Part shown: positions 63,921 through 64,000 of the stretch, piece after piece
How positions within the stretch are numbered: position 1 is the first letter of the stretch
How the letters are laid out: every line of letters begins with the position of its first letter
From: an uncultured bacterium
Lineage (GTDB): Bacteria > Desulfobacterota_D > UBA1144
NCBI GenBank assembly: GCA_913050245.1
Contig: CAJWZJ010000003.1
Location: 27,329-91,328 of the forward strand
Length of the DNA stretch: 64,000 nucleotides
Reading direction: 5' to 3'
Program-made: the position numbers and the translations under genes
Notes under the pieces: model-generated
Told to the model about the DNA's origin: nothing
What the model saw: the letters and a program-made list of their open reading frames with translations, nothing else
Database searches by the model: none

Positions 63921-64000
63921 GTGAGAAAGCTAACTACCGACTGTCCTTTAGAGAGGAGCACTGAAGTTATTTCAGGAAAGTGGAAAATTTGTATCCTTAC
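63921..64000 (+). CDS. HxlR-family winged-helix transcriptional regulator (N-terminal fragment; 3' end lies outside the window)
   Basis: GTG start. The translation VRKLTTDCPLERSTEVISGKWKICIL matches the characteristic HxlR opening (CP.e..l.visGKWk..Il). Confidence 0.6.
   Translation, partial: MRKLTTDCPLERSTEVISGKWKICIL

Overview
This is a visibly AT-rich (roughly 30% GC by eye), very gene-dense chromosomal segment from a streamlined, probably marine planktonic bacterium. The order secY-adk-map-infA-rpsM argues against the usual alpha- or gammaproteobacterial layout, but I cannot assign a phylum from sequence alone.

Almost everything is core housekeeping:
- purine genes (purF, purL, purD), histidine (hisIE) and amino-sugar genes (glmU, glmS)
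- tRNA modification and charging (valS, mnmA, mtaB, aspS)
- GTPases (era, der)
- one uninterrupted str-S10-spc-alpha ribosomal super-operon of 33 genes (23.9-42.5 kb)
- methyl-cycle genes (metF, ahcY, metK)
- chromosome segregation genes (XerC/D-like, scpA, scpB)

The parts that look accessory are:
1. A proteorhodopsin photosystem at 17.2-22.3 kb: a PR predicted to be blue-tuned, plus crtI-crtB-crtY-blh. It runs directly into an unknown 90-aa ORF and purD.
2. Two tandem paralogous zinc-ribbon proteins with a large insertion between the two Cys knuckles, plus an abutting 75-aa ORF (10.4-11.8 kb).
3. A minus-strand run at 45.9-51.1 kb mixing periplasmic thiol-redox and cytochrome c maturation genes (CcdA, two TlpA-like thioredoxins, CcmH-like, a PCYCGC-motif protein) with a malic enzyme and a class II photolyase.
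4. A DnaC/DnaI-like ATPase, a DsrE-like protein and a divergent HxlR-type regulator at the 3' end.

I saw no rRNA, tRNA, CRISPR array, transposase, or recognisable defence or toxin-antitoxin module. I did not find convincing evidence for a wholly new multi-gene system. The best candidates are listed with modest scores.

Genome compaction is itself notable. Convergent genes overlap at their 3' ends, and some divergent start codons lie only 3-30 nt apart. The one clean intrinsic terminator I found sits after the proteorhodopsin gene.
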